From IMG/VR virus record IMGVR_UViG_3300005326_000717, positions 1 to 46,962 of that record: a DNA stretch of 46,962 nt, one strand, 5' to 3'. Below the pieces are notes generated by a model. It had not been told where the DNA came from. It did not search any database and was given only the letters and a program-made list of their open reading frames with translations. Of this stretch, positions 27,563-37,043 are shown piece after piece; position 1 is the stretch's first letter; each line of letters begins with the position of its first letter. Made by a program: the position numbers and the translations under genes. The stretch comes from a virus. Taxonomy: Duplodnaviria; Caudoviricetes.

Positions 27563-28328
27563 CAAAGTCAAGGCGAAGGCGACACTGGCGAAGATCCACG
27601 AGAGAAACATCTCCGCATTTTTTCGCACCCAAGGAGCCATGGTACTCAGGGCCATCTCTCGCCGTTCGTTATCGGCAGCCCGCTCTTTTGAATCTCCGTC
27701 ATTATGGAGCATCAGCCCGGAAGAATGGGACCTTATCTGGCAGAACATCACCAACCAGACCACTCCCGACCTCTCGAAAATCATCGCGGCGGCGGAAGCG
27801 GACGGCCTTCATGCTGGATCGGAACAACTCAGGAAAGCGATCGGGCTTTTCAACGAGAAATCTACGTTTAATCTCGCCAACCCCCGGGCAGTCGCATGGT
27901 TCCAGGAGAACGGGGGCAGCGTTGAATACATCAAAGGGATCCAGAAAACCACCGGAGGTCAGATCCGGTCTATCGTCACCAATGCACTCAACACCGGGCA
28001 AGCCTATACTGTGACCGCCAAAGAAATTCAGGGCGCTTTCGATGGAATGACACGCGATCGGGCACAACGCATCGCGGTCTTCGAGACGGGGCAGGCATAC
28101 GAGGCCGGCAATCGCCTGTTTGCAGAGTCCCTGGTGGATGATGGCGTAAAGATGCAGGAGCGCTGGGTAACCTCGCACGATGAGAAGGTCCGCCCGGAGC
28201 ATGCTGCGAACGAAGCCGAGGGGTGGGTCGAACTCGGGCACGTATACTCATCAGGAGATACCGATTGCCCGACCGATCCCGGGTGCAGGTGCTATAAGGA
28301 ATATCGGCAGGCTCCGGAGGGGGACTGA
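27543..28328 (+). CDS. MuF/gp7-like minor head protein
   Basis: RAQRIAVFETGQAY, WVTSHDEKVRPEH, PGCRC. Confidence 0.88.
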   Translation: MPPQQSNKVKAKATLAKIHERNISAFFRTQGAMVLRAISRRSLSAARSFESPSLWSISPEEWDLIWQNITNQTTPDLSKIIAAAEADGLHAGSEQLRKAIGLFNEKSTFNLANPRAVAWFQENGGSVEYIKGIQKTTGGQIRSIVTNALNTGQAYTVTAKEIQGAFDGMTRDRAQRIAVFETGQAYEAGNRLFAESLVDDGVKMQERWVTSHDEKVRPEHAANEAEGWVELGHVYSSGDTDCPTDPGCRCYKEYRQAPEGD

Positions 28329-28468
28329 TGGTTGTGCCACTCATCCCCGGCCATGAAATCATCAGTATGCTGATCGTCTGCGTAAGTGCCGGGGTCATCA
28401 TCGATTTTATAATCATTTGTGCGATCATCCGGCTCTTCCAGTGGCACCATAACAAGGTGGGGTTCTGA
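28328..28468 (+). CDS. 46-aa membrane peptide
   Basis: MVVPLIPGHEIISMLIVCVSAGVIIDFIIICAIIRLF...; TGATG overlaps; not in ORF track. Confidence 0.5.
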   Translation: MVVPLIPGHEIISMLIVCVSAGVIIDFIIICAIIRLFQWHHNKVGF

Positions 28469-29007
28469 TGTTCGGCAGAAATCGGTTGTGTGCCGGTATT
28501 GACTCCGAACGCCAGCTCTTATCCGTCAGCTCGTCAGCGTTCCGTATCCACGGCCCGATGAAGGCCCTATTCTATAAACTGCTCGGGCTGGTCAACCCGG
28601 CGCCCCGAGAATGGCTGGATCAACTGACGGGGAATAACGCGGTGATCCGGGATATCTACATGGAGTACCTGCAGCACGACAAAGAGGCCGGTCGCGTGCG
28701 GATACTGGAACGAGTAATCCCGTTTGCATTGTGCCTTACGGATGAGGAGCAAGGCGATACGGCCTACAATGAAGTGTTCCAGTATTTCCTTTACCGCATC
28801 TGCCAGGAGTATCGGGCCGGTCGGTTCCAGTTCAACCCGATGCACATTAACCCGCACTGTTGGTATCAAGACGGACGAGGCCGGGAACTATCAACCGTCG
28901 AGGAGAACTTAAGAGCAATTCAGGAGATGAGGTCAAACCGAGAAAGCAATCCGGGCAAAATCTCCCGGGACATTTCCGAAACGGAGCAAGGATTGAGGTC
29001 AGATTAA
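28468..29007 (+). CDS. Hypothetical protein
   Basis: Coupled ORF. Confidence 0.55.
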   Translation: MFGRNRLCAGIDSERQLLSVSSSAFRIHGPMKALFYKLLGLVNPAPREWLDQLTGNNAVIRDIYMEYLQHDKEAGRVRILERVIPFALCLTDEEQGDTAYNEVFQYFLYRICQEYRAGRFQFNPMHINPHCWYQDGRGRELSTVEENLRAIQEMRSNRESNPGKISRDISETEQGLRSD

Positions 29008-29008
29008 G

Positions 29009-29164
29009 ATGTCAGGACATTTCGAGAAAGGGGTATGGGTCGAGGACCCGCCGCGAGGGTGCGGACTTGGAATAACAGGGGAGAGAATCGAACGCGGACA
29101 GCTGGTCTGTATGGATGCTGACGGACAGGTCCGGCCAGGAATGTCTCGCAAGGAGATGGCGTGA
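29009..29164 (+). CDS. 51-aa protein with GHFEKGVWVEDP motif
   Basis: MSGHFEKGVWVEDPPRG...; not in ORF track; motif shared with 29358-29750. Confidence 0.55.
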   Translation: MSGHFEKGVWVEDPPRGCGLGITGERIERGQLVCMDADGQVRPGMSRKEMA

Positions 29165-29361
29165 TGGCGGAAAAGAGCGTCGTGTTGTGGCTGGTGACTT
29201 GCCCGGTCTGCGGGCTCCGCATCTTCGAGGGACACATTCCAAAAGGAGATCCCGTGATCGCACGGTGCGGCAATTGTAAGTCGCTCATCGAGATATCGTC
29301 ATACCCGCACGCAGTTCCGCGTGTGCTCTCTGAATGGGAAGAGGAAGTGAAGATACTATGA
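29161..29361 (+). CDS. Zn-ribbon protein (Com-like)
   Basis: CPVC...RCGNC. Confidence 0.6.
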   Translation: MMAEKSVVLWLVTCPVCGLRIFEGHIPKGDPVIARCGNCKSLIEISSYPHAVPRVLSEWEEEVKIL

Positions 29362-29750
29362 CCTCAATCGCTCATACCGGGGGGGAAACGATCCTCGACG
29401 AATTCCCGGGGCACTTCGACCAGGGTAGATGGGTGAAGGACCCGGTAAAATACGGTCGTAATTTCGTGCATCGTATTGATGGCAAAGAGATCATCGACGA
29501 CAGACACAAACGGTTCGTTCTCTCCGGATATGCCCACCGATTCAATAACCCGGAGAACGATCTCATGGGAATCACTCTCGGGACCACTGACGATCTCGAA
29601 GAGGCAAATGCCCTCTACGAACTCGGGTATAAAATCCGGGAATTCGGATACGATTTCTGGGTTTATATCGAATTCGAAGACCGCCAGATGATGCTCGGAT
29701 GGAAATTACCGTGCGGTGCAAAGACTCGTGAAGGGGCCGTGCCGTTATGA
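29358..29750 (+). CDS. Hypothetical protein with GHFDQGRWVKDP motif
   Basis: Coupled ORF. Confidence 0.55.
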   Translation: MTSIAHTGGETILDEFPGHFDQGRWVKDPVKYGRNFVHRIDGKEIIDDRHKRFVLSGYAHRFNNPENDLMGITLGTTDDLEEANALYELGYKIREFGYDFWVYIEFEDRQMMLGWKLPCGAKTREGAVPL

Positions 29751-30160
29751 CCTCCGGCATGCCTTTCCACGAGGACGAGATCACATTCGTCGAAGAAAAC
29801 ATGAAGGAATACCCCTCAATCCTTGCCCGGTCCCTGGGCCTCTATTATCCGCAGCACAATGGCGGCTCCCGCTGCACCAAGTCGGTCTCGCGGCTCATGA
29901 ACAAGATCCGGACTGGCCGGGCCCCGAACAGCCTAGACACCTTGGAAGATGAAGTTATCGAGCCGAACACCCGCATGCAGGATCTCCCGCCCGTGGCCAA
30001 GATACCTGCGGAGCCCGTTGCAGCGATTCCTGCAGAGAAAGTCGCAGAGATCGGGACAAAGACTGCGGAACCGCCCGTGGCGAAGCCAGAGCCCGCTGTT
30101 GCAGTAACCAAAACCCCACAAACCCGTGTGCATGGGGCCGGGAATAAGAAAAGGCGATAA
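29747..30160 (+). CDS. HTH/Myb-like protein with Pro/Ala-rich tail
   Basis: FHEDEITFV...ILARSLG...RCTKSV; IPAE repeats. Confidence 0.5.
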   Translation: MTSGMPFHEDEITFVEENMKEYPSILARSLGLYYPQHNGGSRCTKSVSRLMNKIRTGRAPNSLDTLEDEVIEPNTRMQDLPPVAKIPAEPVAAIPAEKVAEIGTKTAEPPVAKPEPAVAVTKTPQTRVHGAGNKKRR

Positions 30161-30202
30161 TCCCCGTTTCATTGATATACCAGACATATCGAATATATTT
30201 TT

Positions 30203-30352
30203 ATGACAGCCAAGGTACGGGGAGTCGAAAAAGAAGTCTGGTTAATCATAAGGGAGAACGAGATCACGGACTGCATTCTCACGAGCGAAGAGGCGATCAA
30301 TTTCCTTGCCGGCCCGGGCGATGAGGTAGTTCCATATACGATAAAAATTTAA
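30203..30352 (+). CDS. 49-aa hypothetical protein
   Basis: MTAKVRGVEKEVWLII...; follows AT-rich segment. Confidence 0.4.
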   Translation: MTAKVRGVEKEVWLIIRENEITDCILTSEEAINFLAGPGDEVVPYTIKI

Positions 30353-30360
30353 GGTAGTTT

Positions 30361-30516
30361 ATGAAGGATAATGAAGAAAAACCGTCTACTATGCGAGCAT
30401 ACCCGGGTACAAAGACGAGGTATAATGAGGAACGCCATGGTCGGGAAACCGATGACGCACTTCTCAACCGGCTCCTGGATGAGCTGCACGAGCTCAGGAA
30501 AAAACAAGAAAAATAA
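30361..30516 (+). CDS. Small RHH/antitoxin-like DNA-binding protein
   Basis: STMRAYPGTKTRYNEERHGRETDDALLNRLLD resembles archaeal VapB-type RHH proteins; not in ORF track. Confidence 0.55.
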   Translation: MKDNEEKPSTMRAYPGTKTRYNEERHGRETDDALLNRLLDELHELRKKQEK

Positions 30517-30521
30517 TTCTT

Positions 30522-30860
30522 TTATGCAGTCCTGTATTTCAGGAGCGCCCTCGCCAATATCGCATCCCCGTCAGCCTCAATGATAGAAACCATCACGCTC
30601 TTTCCGTATTCTATCTGGAACGGCAACAATTCGGTTGCCATAACAATGAAGGACCGGTGCTGTGAGAATTCGAGTGGAACACGAAACCGGTAAGGGACAT
30701 CCCCCTCGCTCTGGATCTGCAGCAGGATCTTCGAAGAGTCCTGCGGGATATCCCCGGTTCCGTCCACGCGCAGGGATTGGTCGTGATACGTCACGGCCGC
30801 GGGATCTGGCGTCTTCCGGTATGCAATTCTCTCGTATGTCGCAGCAATCTGGAATGTCAT
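30522..30860 (-). CDS. Hypothetical protein
   Basis: Minus-strand ORF with AT-rich upstream region. Confidence 0.5.
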   Translation of the reverse strand: MTFQIAATYERIAYRKTPDPAAVTYHDQSLRVDGTGDIPQDSSKILLQIQSEGDVPYRFRVPLEFSQHRSFIVMATELLPFQIEYGKSVMVSIIEADGDAILARALLKYRTA

Positions 30861-30986
30861 TATTTCAAACTCCTTGATTGCGCAGTTCTAAGGGTTTGGG
30901 GAATTAATATTCTGCTATAAAATAAAATGCCGCTCTTTTGCAGATTTACATAAAATCCCATATCCCTGTTGCGACCCAATAGTACT

Positions 30987-32378
30987 ATGCCATCCTTAGT
31001 TGTGGCACGCCTCCACCCGCTGACCGGCGGTGATGAGGGGAAAGTGCACCGTAACAAGTACGGACAAGGCATTTCGCCCGTGTATGATCGCACCGGGCAG
31101 GTATCAGAAATTCGCTTTTCCGAGTTATCCTCACCCGAAGACGTCCGGCGTTGGCTGGATTCCCACAGGTACACAGGATACGAACTCAGCACTCCGCAAT
31201 CAGAAGATCAGCCGGCAGAACAGCACCGCCATTACCTCGCGCTCGAATTCGTCCCGGAGGGATCGAATCTTGTCGAGATGGACGGGGGCCTGCTGGTAAA
31301 AGGCGTGAAACTACTTGCAGCAGGGACCTGGACGGACTCCGTTCAAAAGACCCCATGTCGGTACACTCCACTGAAACTCAAAACCTACTCGACCAACTGG
31401 GCCGATCCCACGTATTGGAGCCGGCATGGTGGGGGCACACCCCGTAATGCCACGGATGTTATCGGAGAGGTCCGAAACCCACGGTTCGAAGGCGATGCCG
31501 TAGTTGGGGATCTCTGGTATGACGGAATCACCGACAACAGCCAGAACTGCATCAGGATCGTCAAGGCGGCCGCAGCAGGCAAGCGGAAAGCACCCTATGT
31601 GTCTGTCGAGATGATGACCCGTGACAAATGGCTCCCGGCGGAGAAGATCTACGAAGCAGAGGAGATCCTTTTTGACGGACTGGCCATGGTCAACCGTGGC
31701 GCTTGTGCAGTATGCACCATCAATGCCCGGGCCCAGGAAGAGGCAGCACCCGCATCTGCTGCAGCAAAGGAGGAGAATGTGAACAAGGAACAGCAAGCCC
31801 CGGACGGATCGCTGGAAGCCCAGCGTGAAGACCTACAGACCGCACTGAACGACAAGTTCGGCATCGCTGAGTCGGATGGGCGCAAGTGGGGAGCGTGGAT
31901 TACAGCCACGTACCCGGATCGCGTCGTGTTCCAGTCGTCCAAGGATGACGTCCTGTACGAAGTCCCGTACTCAGTGTCACCGTCCAGGGAGATCCTGTTC
32001 GGAACGCCCTACGAAGTCGAGATCATCTATCGGAAAGTACAACCCGACAATCCAACACCGGAGAACACCATGGAATCGAAAGACTACGAAGCCAAGATCA
32101 ACGATCTCACCAAGGAGCTTGAGGGTCTGAAGGCAGAAAACGCATCGCTCAAGACCCCGCCTCAGGCAGCCGCACCCGCAGAACCCGACAGCAAGGCGCT
32201 CGAAGAGGCTACTGCCCAGATGAAGGCGCTTGAAGCCCGCGTCAAGGAACTGGAGAACAAACCGAACCCCAAGATCCCCGGCGCCACTGCGACACCCGCA
32301 GATGGAGAGACCAAGGAGCTTGAGGCCCCGGCGACCCGTGTCGTTGTATCCCGCACCGGGGAAGTTCACGGAGCGTGA
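30987..32378 (+). CDS. Prohead protease/scaffold fusion
   Basis: LLAAGTW, H, IGEV, VSVEM, GLAMVNRGAC; C-terminal coiled-coil scaffold; precedes capsid genes. Confidence 0.75.
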   Translation: MPSLVVARLHPLTGGDEGKVHRNKYGQGISPVYDRTGQVSEIRFSELSSPEDVRRWLDSHRYTGYELSTPQSEDQPAEQHRHYLALEFVPEGSNLVEMDGGLLVKGVKLLAAGTWTDSVQKTPCRYTPLKLKTYSTNWADPTYWSRHGGGTPRNATDVIGEVRNPRFEGDAVVGDLWYDGITDNSQNCIRIVKAAAAGKRKAPYVSVEMMTRDKWLPAEKIYEAEEILFDGLAMVNRGACAVCTINARAQEEAAPASAAAKEENVNKEQQAPDGSLEAQREDLQTALNDKFGIAESDGRKWGAWITATYPDRVVFQSSKDDVLYEVPYSVSPSREILFGTPYEVEIIYRKVQPDNPTPENTMESKDYEAKINDLTKELEGLKAENASLKTPPQAAAPAEPDSKALEEATAQMKALEARVKELENKPNPKIPGATATPADGETKELEAPATRVVVSRTGEVHGA

Positions 32379-32383
32379 AGTAA

Positions 32384-32845
32384 ATGTCAGATATCTCAGC
32401 ATTCCCAACAATCCGCAAGGTACTGCATTATGGCAACCCCGGCCCCGGCGGGTTCGTCGCAGGAGCAACCATCAAGGCCGGCATGGTCCTGGCAATCCAC
32501 GGGACTGGCGAGGACTATATTGCATGGCCCGCGATTGACGGCACCACAGCAGCCGTTATCGGTGTCGCCCTGCATGATGCATCAGCAGGAGATCCCATTG
32601 CGATCGCACCCCCGGGCAGCATCGTTACGGTTGCCACTGGCACGGACGATGCAATCGACGCAGGCCACTGGGTTGTTGTTGATGACAACTCGGCTGGAGG
32701 CATGGTCATCGAGATGGACCCGGCAATCGGTTCGCACAGCGCGACCGTTGTAGATTTCTTCGTCGGATATACCGTGAAGAACTCAGCGAGCAACCAGGTG
32801 GATATCATGATCTGGCCCGGCCCCATGATGACCGCGAGCGCCTGA
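32384..32845 (+). CDS. Head decoration/cement protein
   Basis: AGATIKAGMVL, VIGVALHDASAGD; located between protease and MCP. Confidence 0.75.
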   Translation: MSDISAFPTIRKVLHYGNPGPGGFVAGATIKAGMVLAIHGTGEDYIAWPAIDGTTAAVIGVALHDASAGDPIAIAPPGSIVTVATGTDDAIDAGHWVVVDDNSAGGMVIEMDPAIGSHSATVVDFFVGYTVKNSASNQVDIMIWPGPMMTASA

Positions 32846-32856
32846 GGTGACTGAAG

Positions 32857-33840
32857 ATGACAAAAAGACTTGAAACCTACCTCGAACTGGCCCTCGGAGC
32901 CGCAGATGCACCGCACATGACCAAACACATTGTCGAGACCCGGATCCCCAAGAATCTTGGGCACTATCACGAAGGAAAACTCGTGAGCGTCAGGGAACTC
33001 CTGCTCAGCACCCAGATCGAAGGCACGTCTCTGATCCAGACTGAGATGTACGCCACGGTCATGGAAGGCGCCGAGCCGCAGAAGTGTATGCGGGATGTTC
33101 TCCCGATCCTCAAGGCCACTGGCAGCACCCTCCGCGTCCCGAAGGGCGAGACTGGCACCTACGCCAAGCTCATCGCAGAAGGCGGAGAGATCCCGATCGA
33201 GACCCAGGATTATGGGTATACCGACTTCAACATCAAAAAGTTCGGTGCCCGGCCCCTCATCACCCAGGAAATGATCGACCGGTCCCAGTACGATGTGATC
33301 GCACTCGAGACCCGCAAGGCCGGCCAGCGTGTTGAGAACAGCCTCAACCAGCAGTCACTGTCGGTGGTTCTCCAGAACTCCGGCAACGAAGTCGACACCA
33401 CGCACTCAGGCACTGCGGTGGATGAGAAGGCAGCAGTCGCCCAGGCCATCGCCAAGAACAACGAGGATGGATTCATCAGCGACGTGCTCCTGATGACACC
33501 CGGGTTTGCAGGAGAGATCCTCTCGACCATCACATCTGGGTACACGGTGCAGTCAGGAGAGATCATGCTGACCGGCAAGATCCCAATGCTGCTCGGCCTT
33601 AAGCCGTTCGTCTGTGGCGTCACTGATGTCAGTACGACCTATGTCTGGGAGAACGACACTGATGGCGACATCGGAGCCATGGTCCTCGACTCCAAGAACG
33701 CAGGCGCAATCGCCATGGAGAAGGATCTCTATGTCGACCAGCTCAAGGACCCCGTGAGGGACATCCTGAACTGCGTCGTCAAGGCCCGGTTCGGCTACAA
33801 CTACTTCAACGCCAACGCCGCCTGCAGGATCGTGCGGTAA
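32857..33840 (+). CDS. Major capsid protein (HK97 fold)
   Basis: AEGGEIP, KKFGARPLITQEMIDRS, LLGL, ARFG; gene position. Confidence 0.9.
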   Translation: MTKRLETYLELALGAADAPHMTKHIVETRIPKNLGHYHEGKLVSVRELLLSTQIEGTSLIQTEMYATVMEGAEPQKCMRDVLPILKATGSTLRVPKGETGTYAKLIAEGGEIPIETQDYGYTDFNIKKFGARPLITQEMIDRSQYDVIALETRKAGQRVENSLNQQSLSVVLQNSGNEVDTTHSGTAVDEKAAVAQAIAKNNEDGFISDVLLMTPGFAGEILSTITSGYTVQSGEIMLTGKIPMLLGLKPFVCGVTDVSTTYVWENDTDGDIGAMVLDSKNAGAIAMEKDLYVDQLKDPVRDILNCVVKARFGYNYFNANAACRIVR

Positions 33841-33842
33841 GC

Positions 33843-33863
33843 TGAGGGAGGGAAACCCCCTCA
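33843..33863 (+). terminator. GNRA hairpin after capsid gene (attenuator or stabiliser)
   Basis: TGAGGG(A)GG-GAAA-CCCCCTCA overlapping the next start. Confidence 0.45.
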
Positions 33864-34111
33864 TGCTTTCCAGCAGGACAAGTGGGAAAATCCTCTCAGG
33901 ACGATACGCTCACGAGCGTGAGCTCTGCGCCCAGAACAAGGATCTCTATTCTGCCGCTGATCAGGCTTACCTTGGCATCTCGGGCCAGTCGGTCGGGATG
34001 GGGGACAGGCAGCGCATCGAGGATCAGTTCAAACCCCTCAATTCCCCGGTGGACCCGGAGACCGGTAAGAAGGAGATCGACATTCGCAAAGGTAACCCGG
34101 TGATCTCATGA
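33863..34111 (+). CDS. Hypothetical virion protein
   Basis: Located between MCP and adaptor. Confidence 0.55.
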   Translation: MLSSRTSGKILSGRYAHERELCAQNKDLYSAADQAYLGISGQSVGMGDRQRIEDQFKPLNSPVDPETGKKEIDIRKGNPVIS

Positions 34112-34488
34112 CGTATTGCACGAACGCGGACGTCTACCTTGAAACAGGGACTGCACTTGGCACGATCACATCGACCGATGTCGACAACATGATCGTAAAG
34201 TCCGACAAGGAAATTGTCGCGAAGTTGCGGAAGGCCGGTATCACGAGTTTACCCGCAACGGACGACGATCTCCAGACCGCATCAGTACAATTGACTATTG
34301 CCAAGATCAAGCGGAGGCAGTCTCAGGAACTCAGCAGACCCGGATCTCTTAATCTGGGAGACATCTCCTTCAGTGCACAGCCGGAAACCGAGGCCGTTGC
34401 TTGCGATGTGAAAGCCCAGGACGCGATCAACTCGTACATAACGACAGTTCGAAGAACAACCGGAATTAGGATCAGGAGGACCTGCTGA
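34108..34488 (+). CDS. Head-tail adaptor
   Basis: MTYCTNADV start, helical body, SLNLGDISFS; gene position. Confidence 0.75.
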   Translation: MTYCTNADVYLETGTALGTITSTDVDNMIVKSDKEIVAKLRKAGITSLPATDDDLQTASVQLTIAKIKRRQSQELSRPGSLNLGDISFSAQPETEAVACDVKAQDAINSYITTVRRTTGIRIRRTC

Positions 34489-35033
34489 TGCCATATCCAT
34501 CTGTTTTCCTCATCCACAGCGCAACCCTGCACCACAACAACGGCAACAAGCAGGCCCTCACGTACGCGGCCCCCACAGGCACCGCACAAGCAGCGCAGAC
34601 CGTGACCGGCACCACTTCGCACGCAACAGCCGTGATCGATACGGTAGCCTCGCCAATGGTCGTGAAGACGCTCGTTGGCACGTTCACGCCCGGGGAAACC
34701 ATCAGCACGCCCTCATGGTCTGCCACGCTCGTATCGCAGGATGAGTACTTCGACAGCAACGGGCTCACGGTGCCGGACGTATCGAGCGCCACGGTTGCCT
34801 GCAGGTTCTCTCCGCAGGGAACGCAGATCAAGGGCAGCCCGCTTCAGGTGACGACCGTTGATATGGTCGTTCTCCCGGGCACGACAGTTGTTGCAATGGG
34901 GGATACCCTCACGGCAACGGACACCGGGTTCTCCGGCACGTTCACCATCACCAAAGCCCCGAAGCCAACCTATGAGGCGGCACAGAAGATCGTCTCCCAC
35001 TGGACCTGCGAGATCGCAAAGGCGGGTGCGTGA
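34488..35033 (+). CDS. Head closure protein with inserted beta domain
   Basis: LIHSATL...VACRF...GD...SHWTCEI; gene position. Confidence 0.65.
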   Translation: MPYPSVFLIHSATLHHNNGNKQALTYAAPTGTAQAAQTVTGTTSHATAVIDTVASPMVVKTLVGTFTPGETISTPSWSATLVSQDEYFDSNGLTVPDVSSATVACRFSPQGTQIKGSPLQVTTVDMVVLPGTTVVAMGDTLTATDTGFSGTFTITKAPKPTYEAAQKIVSHWTCEIAKAGA

Positions 35034-35410
35034 CCATGGCGCCAAGTGACCCGACCACGCAGGCACTCATCACCATGAGCAAGGAGATCGGAGGTCTCAC
35101 TCAGGCAGTCAAGGACCAGGGCCGGGAGATCGGCCAGCTCCGCGAGATGGTTGAGAAAGATCAGAAGAAGCGCGACACTTCGTGCGGGACCTGCAAGACG
35201 GAAATCATCACCCGGCTGGACGAACACGAGGACCGGCTCGACACTATCGAGAAGAAACACGAGGGTGAAGTAGCTGTCACCTCATGGTTCGATTCGACCG
35301 TGGGGAGGACCGCTGCGATCCTAGGGGTTGCTGTTGCCTGCATTGGTGTTGTAACCGCACTGGTGACGTTCTTCGCGTGGGTGATTCCGATCATTCAGAA
35401 GGTGGTGTGA
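35030..35410 (+). CDS. Coiled-coil protein with C-terminal TM (XhlA/holin-like)
   Basis: RLDEHEDRLDTIEK followed by a long hydrophobic helix. Confidence 0.5.
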   Translation: MTMAPSDPTTQALITMSKEIGGLTQAVKDQGREIGQLREMVEKDQKKRDTSCGTCKTEIITRLDEHEDRLDTIEKKHEGEVAVTSWFDSTVGRTAAILGVAVACIGVVTALVTFFAWVIPIIQKVV

Positions 35411-35413
35411 GGG

Positions 35414-35863
35414 ATGGCCGGTTTCTCCTTCGACATCTCGGATCTTACAAGGCTCATCGAGGATACGGACAAAATCACCGCGTTCGTCTCAAAAGCCGAA
35501 GGTCCGGTCGTTGAGCTCACTGGAAACGAGTACAAGAACGACATGCAGGAAGTCATTCAGTATAAGACGGGCACCCTCAGGCGCTCCATCCATGTTGAGA
35601 TGACCCGGGAAGCCGGCCATACTGTTGCGCTTGTAGGTACAGATGCGCCGCAAGCCAAGCGCCTCGAATTCGGGTTCAACGATGTGGATTCACTTGGGAG
35701 AGTCTACCATCAGCCACCTCAGCCCCGGTGGCGTCCAACATTCGATCAGAATTTTCCGAAGTATGAGCGGATGATGCAGGGTGTGTTTGTCCGTGATGAG
35801 TGGGAATCTGATGTTGCCACTTTCCAAGGGGTCAGACCAGATCTATCATCGAGGGCGGTATAA
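35414..35863 (+). CDS. HK97 gp10-like tail completion protein
   Basis: KTGTLRRSI, VGTDAPQAKRLEFG, QPRWRP. Confidence 0.8.
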   Translation: MAGFSFDISDLTRLIEDTDKITAFVSKAEGPVVELTGNEYKNDMQEVIQYKTGTLRRSIHVEMTREAGHTVALVGTDAPQAKRLEFGFNDVDSLGRVYHQPPQPRWRPTFDQNFPKYERMMQGVFVRDEWESDVATFQGVRPDLSSRAV

Positions 35864-36270
35864 TGGCCGATCCTGCGCTCGCTCTGCAAACCCGGATCAA
35901 AGGTATCACAGAGATCACGGCGATTGTGAACCAGCGGATATACCGCACCGGCTCAGTGCCTACGAATCCCCAGATGCCATATCTTATCGTTAACGCCCCG
36001 ATTTCAGACAACGAAGAGGGCAGCACCAACACCACGAATAATAGCGTCGCCAGGATTCAGGTCGATGCATTCGCCAGCACCGATCCGGCAGTGGAGGCCA
36101 TCTCCCAGCTCCTGAAGAAGAAAGTGCCCTGCAATGACGTGATCCTGCCAGCAGGCACAGACTTCATCAGGGTTGAACGTATCGCAAACGCCGGGGCACT
36201 CCCGGACCAGAACACTGCAACCCCGGTTTTCATGCGTTACCGGGATTTCAGGATTAAGTACGCTGACTAA
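35863..36270 (+). CDS. Tail terminator (DUF3168-like)
   Basis: VNQRIY..P..PYL, RIQVDAF, YRDFRI. Confidence 0.75.
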   Translation: MADPALALQTRIKGITEITAIVNQRIYRTGSVPTNPQMPYLIVNAPISDNEEGSTNTTNNSVARIQVDAFASTDPAVEAISQLLKKKVPCNDVILPAGTDFIRVERIANAGALPDQNTATPVFMRYRDFRIKYAD

Positions 36271-36290
36271 AACGGAGGAATCGAACGACT

Positions 36291-37031
36291 ATGACCGAAA
36301 TGGTAAAATCAAGCATGGGATATCGCGTTTTACACGCGAACAAACTCATCCCGGAAGTGGTGAAATGCACCGAGCCGGATGAGACGACCGCAAAGACGGA
36401 CACCACCAGCCAGGATAACCTGCATGGCATCAAAAGCCGTGATGCAGGATGGATCGATGTCGGGGATATGTCCCTGACGATCAAGGACACCGGCGGCTCC
36501 CTGTATGCCGATCTCAAGGCATTGCAGCGGGCGAGGACCAAGGAACTCTGGGAGCTGGCGTTTGCCCCGGTCGGATGTGGCCGTGCGATCCAGGGACTTG
36601 CATTCATCTCGAAGTGCAAACACGGACATGCCGACGATGGCGGAGCACAGACCATCGAACTGACGATCACCCCGACAAGTTACTTCGCGGAACTCTCAAC
36701 CGGTGCGGCCGGTCTGACCACGCCGTTCCTGTCTGTTGCCGATGAAGACAGCCACGCCATCGCACTGTTGCAGACTCCCGCCGGGACCACCTACGATTAC
36801 GAGTGCACTGCATTCACCGGCAGCGCAAGCGTCCTGATCACCCCCACCGCAGCGGTTGGCAGCATCTACGTGATCGGCGTGCTCGTTACCAGCGGGGCGG
36901 CATCCGCCGCGATCCCCATCAGCCAGACTCAGGGCGATGTGACCATGATCGGCGTCGCAGTCTGCGAGGTCAACAAGGCATCAAAGACCTACCTGCTCCG
37001 CGTGAAGATGGGTAACGCAGCATATGCGTGA
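36291..37031 (+). CDS. Major tail tube protein with C-terminal cadherin/Ig-like domain
   Basis: DTTS..GWIDVGDMSLTI tube motif; C-terminal TYDY..SVLITPTA...KTYLL. Confidence 0.8.
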   Translation: MTEMVKSSMGYRVLHANKLIPEVVKCTEPDETTAKTDTTSQDNLHGIKSRDAGWIDVGDMSLTIKDTGGSLYADLKALQRARTKELWELAFAPVGCGRAIQGLAFISKCKHGHADDGGAQTIELTITPTSYFAELSTGAAGLTTPFLSVADEDSHAIALLQTPAGTTYDYECTAFTGSASVLITPTAAVGSIYVIGVLVTSGAASAAIPISQTQGDVTMIGVAVCEVNKASKTYLLRVKMGNAAYA

Positions 37032-37043
37032 GCGTGATTCATT

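Noticed and set aside
30371-30583. 70-aa ORF from the track
   Set aside because: The alternative frame 30361-30516 gives a more credible RHH-like protein and avoids overlapping the minus-strand gene
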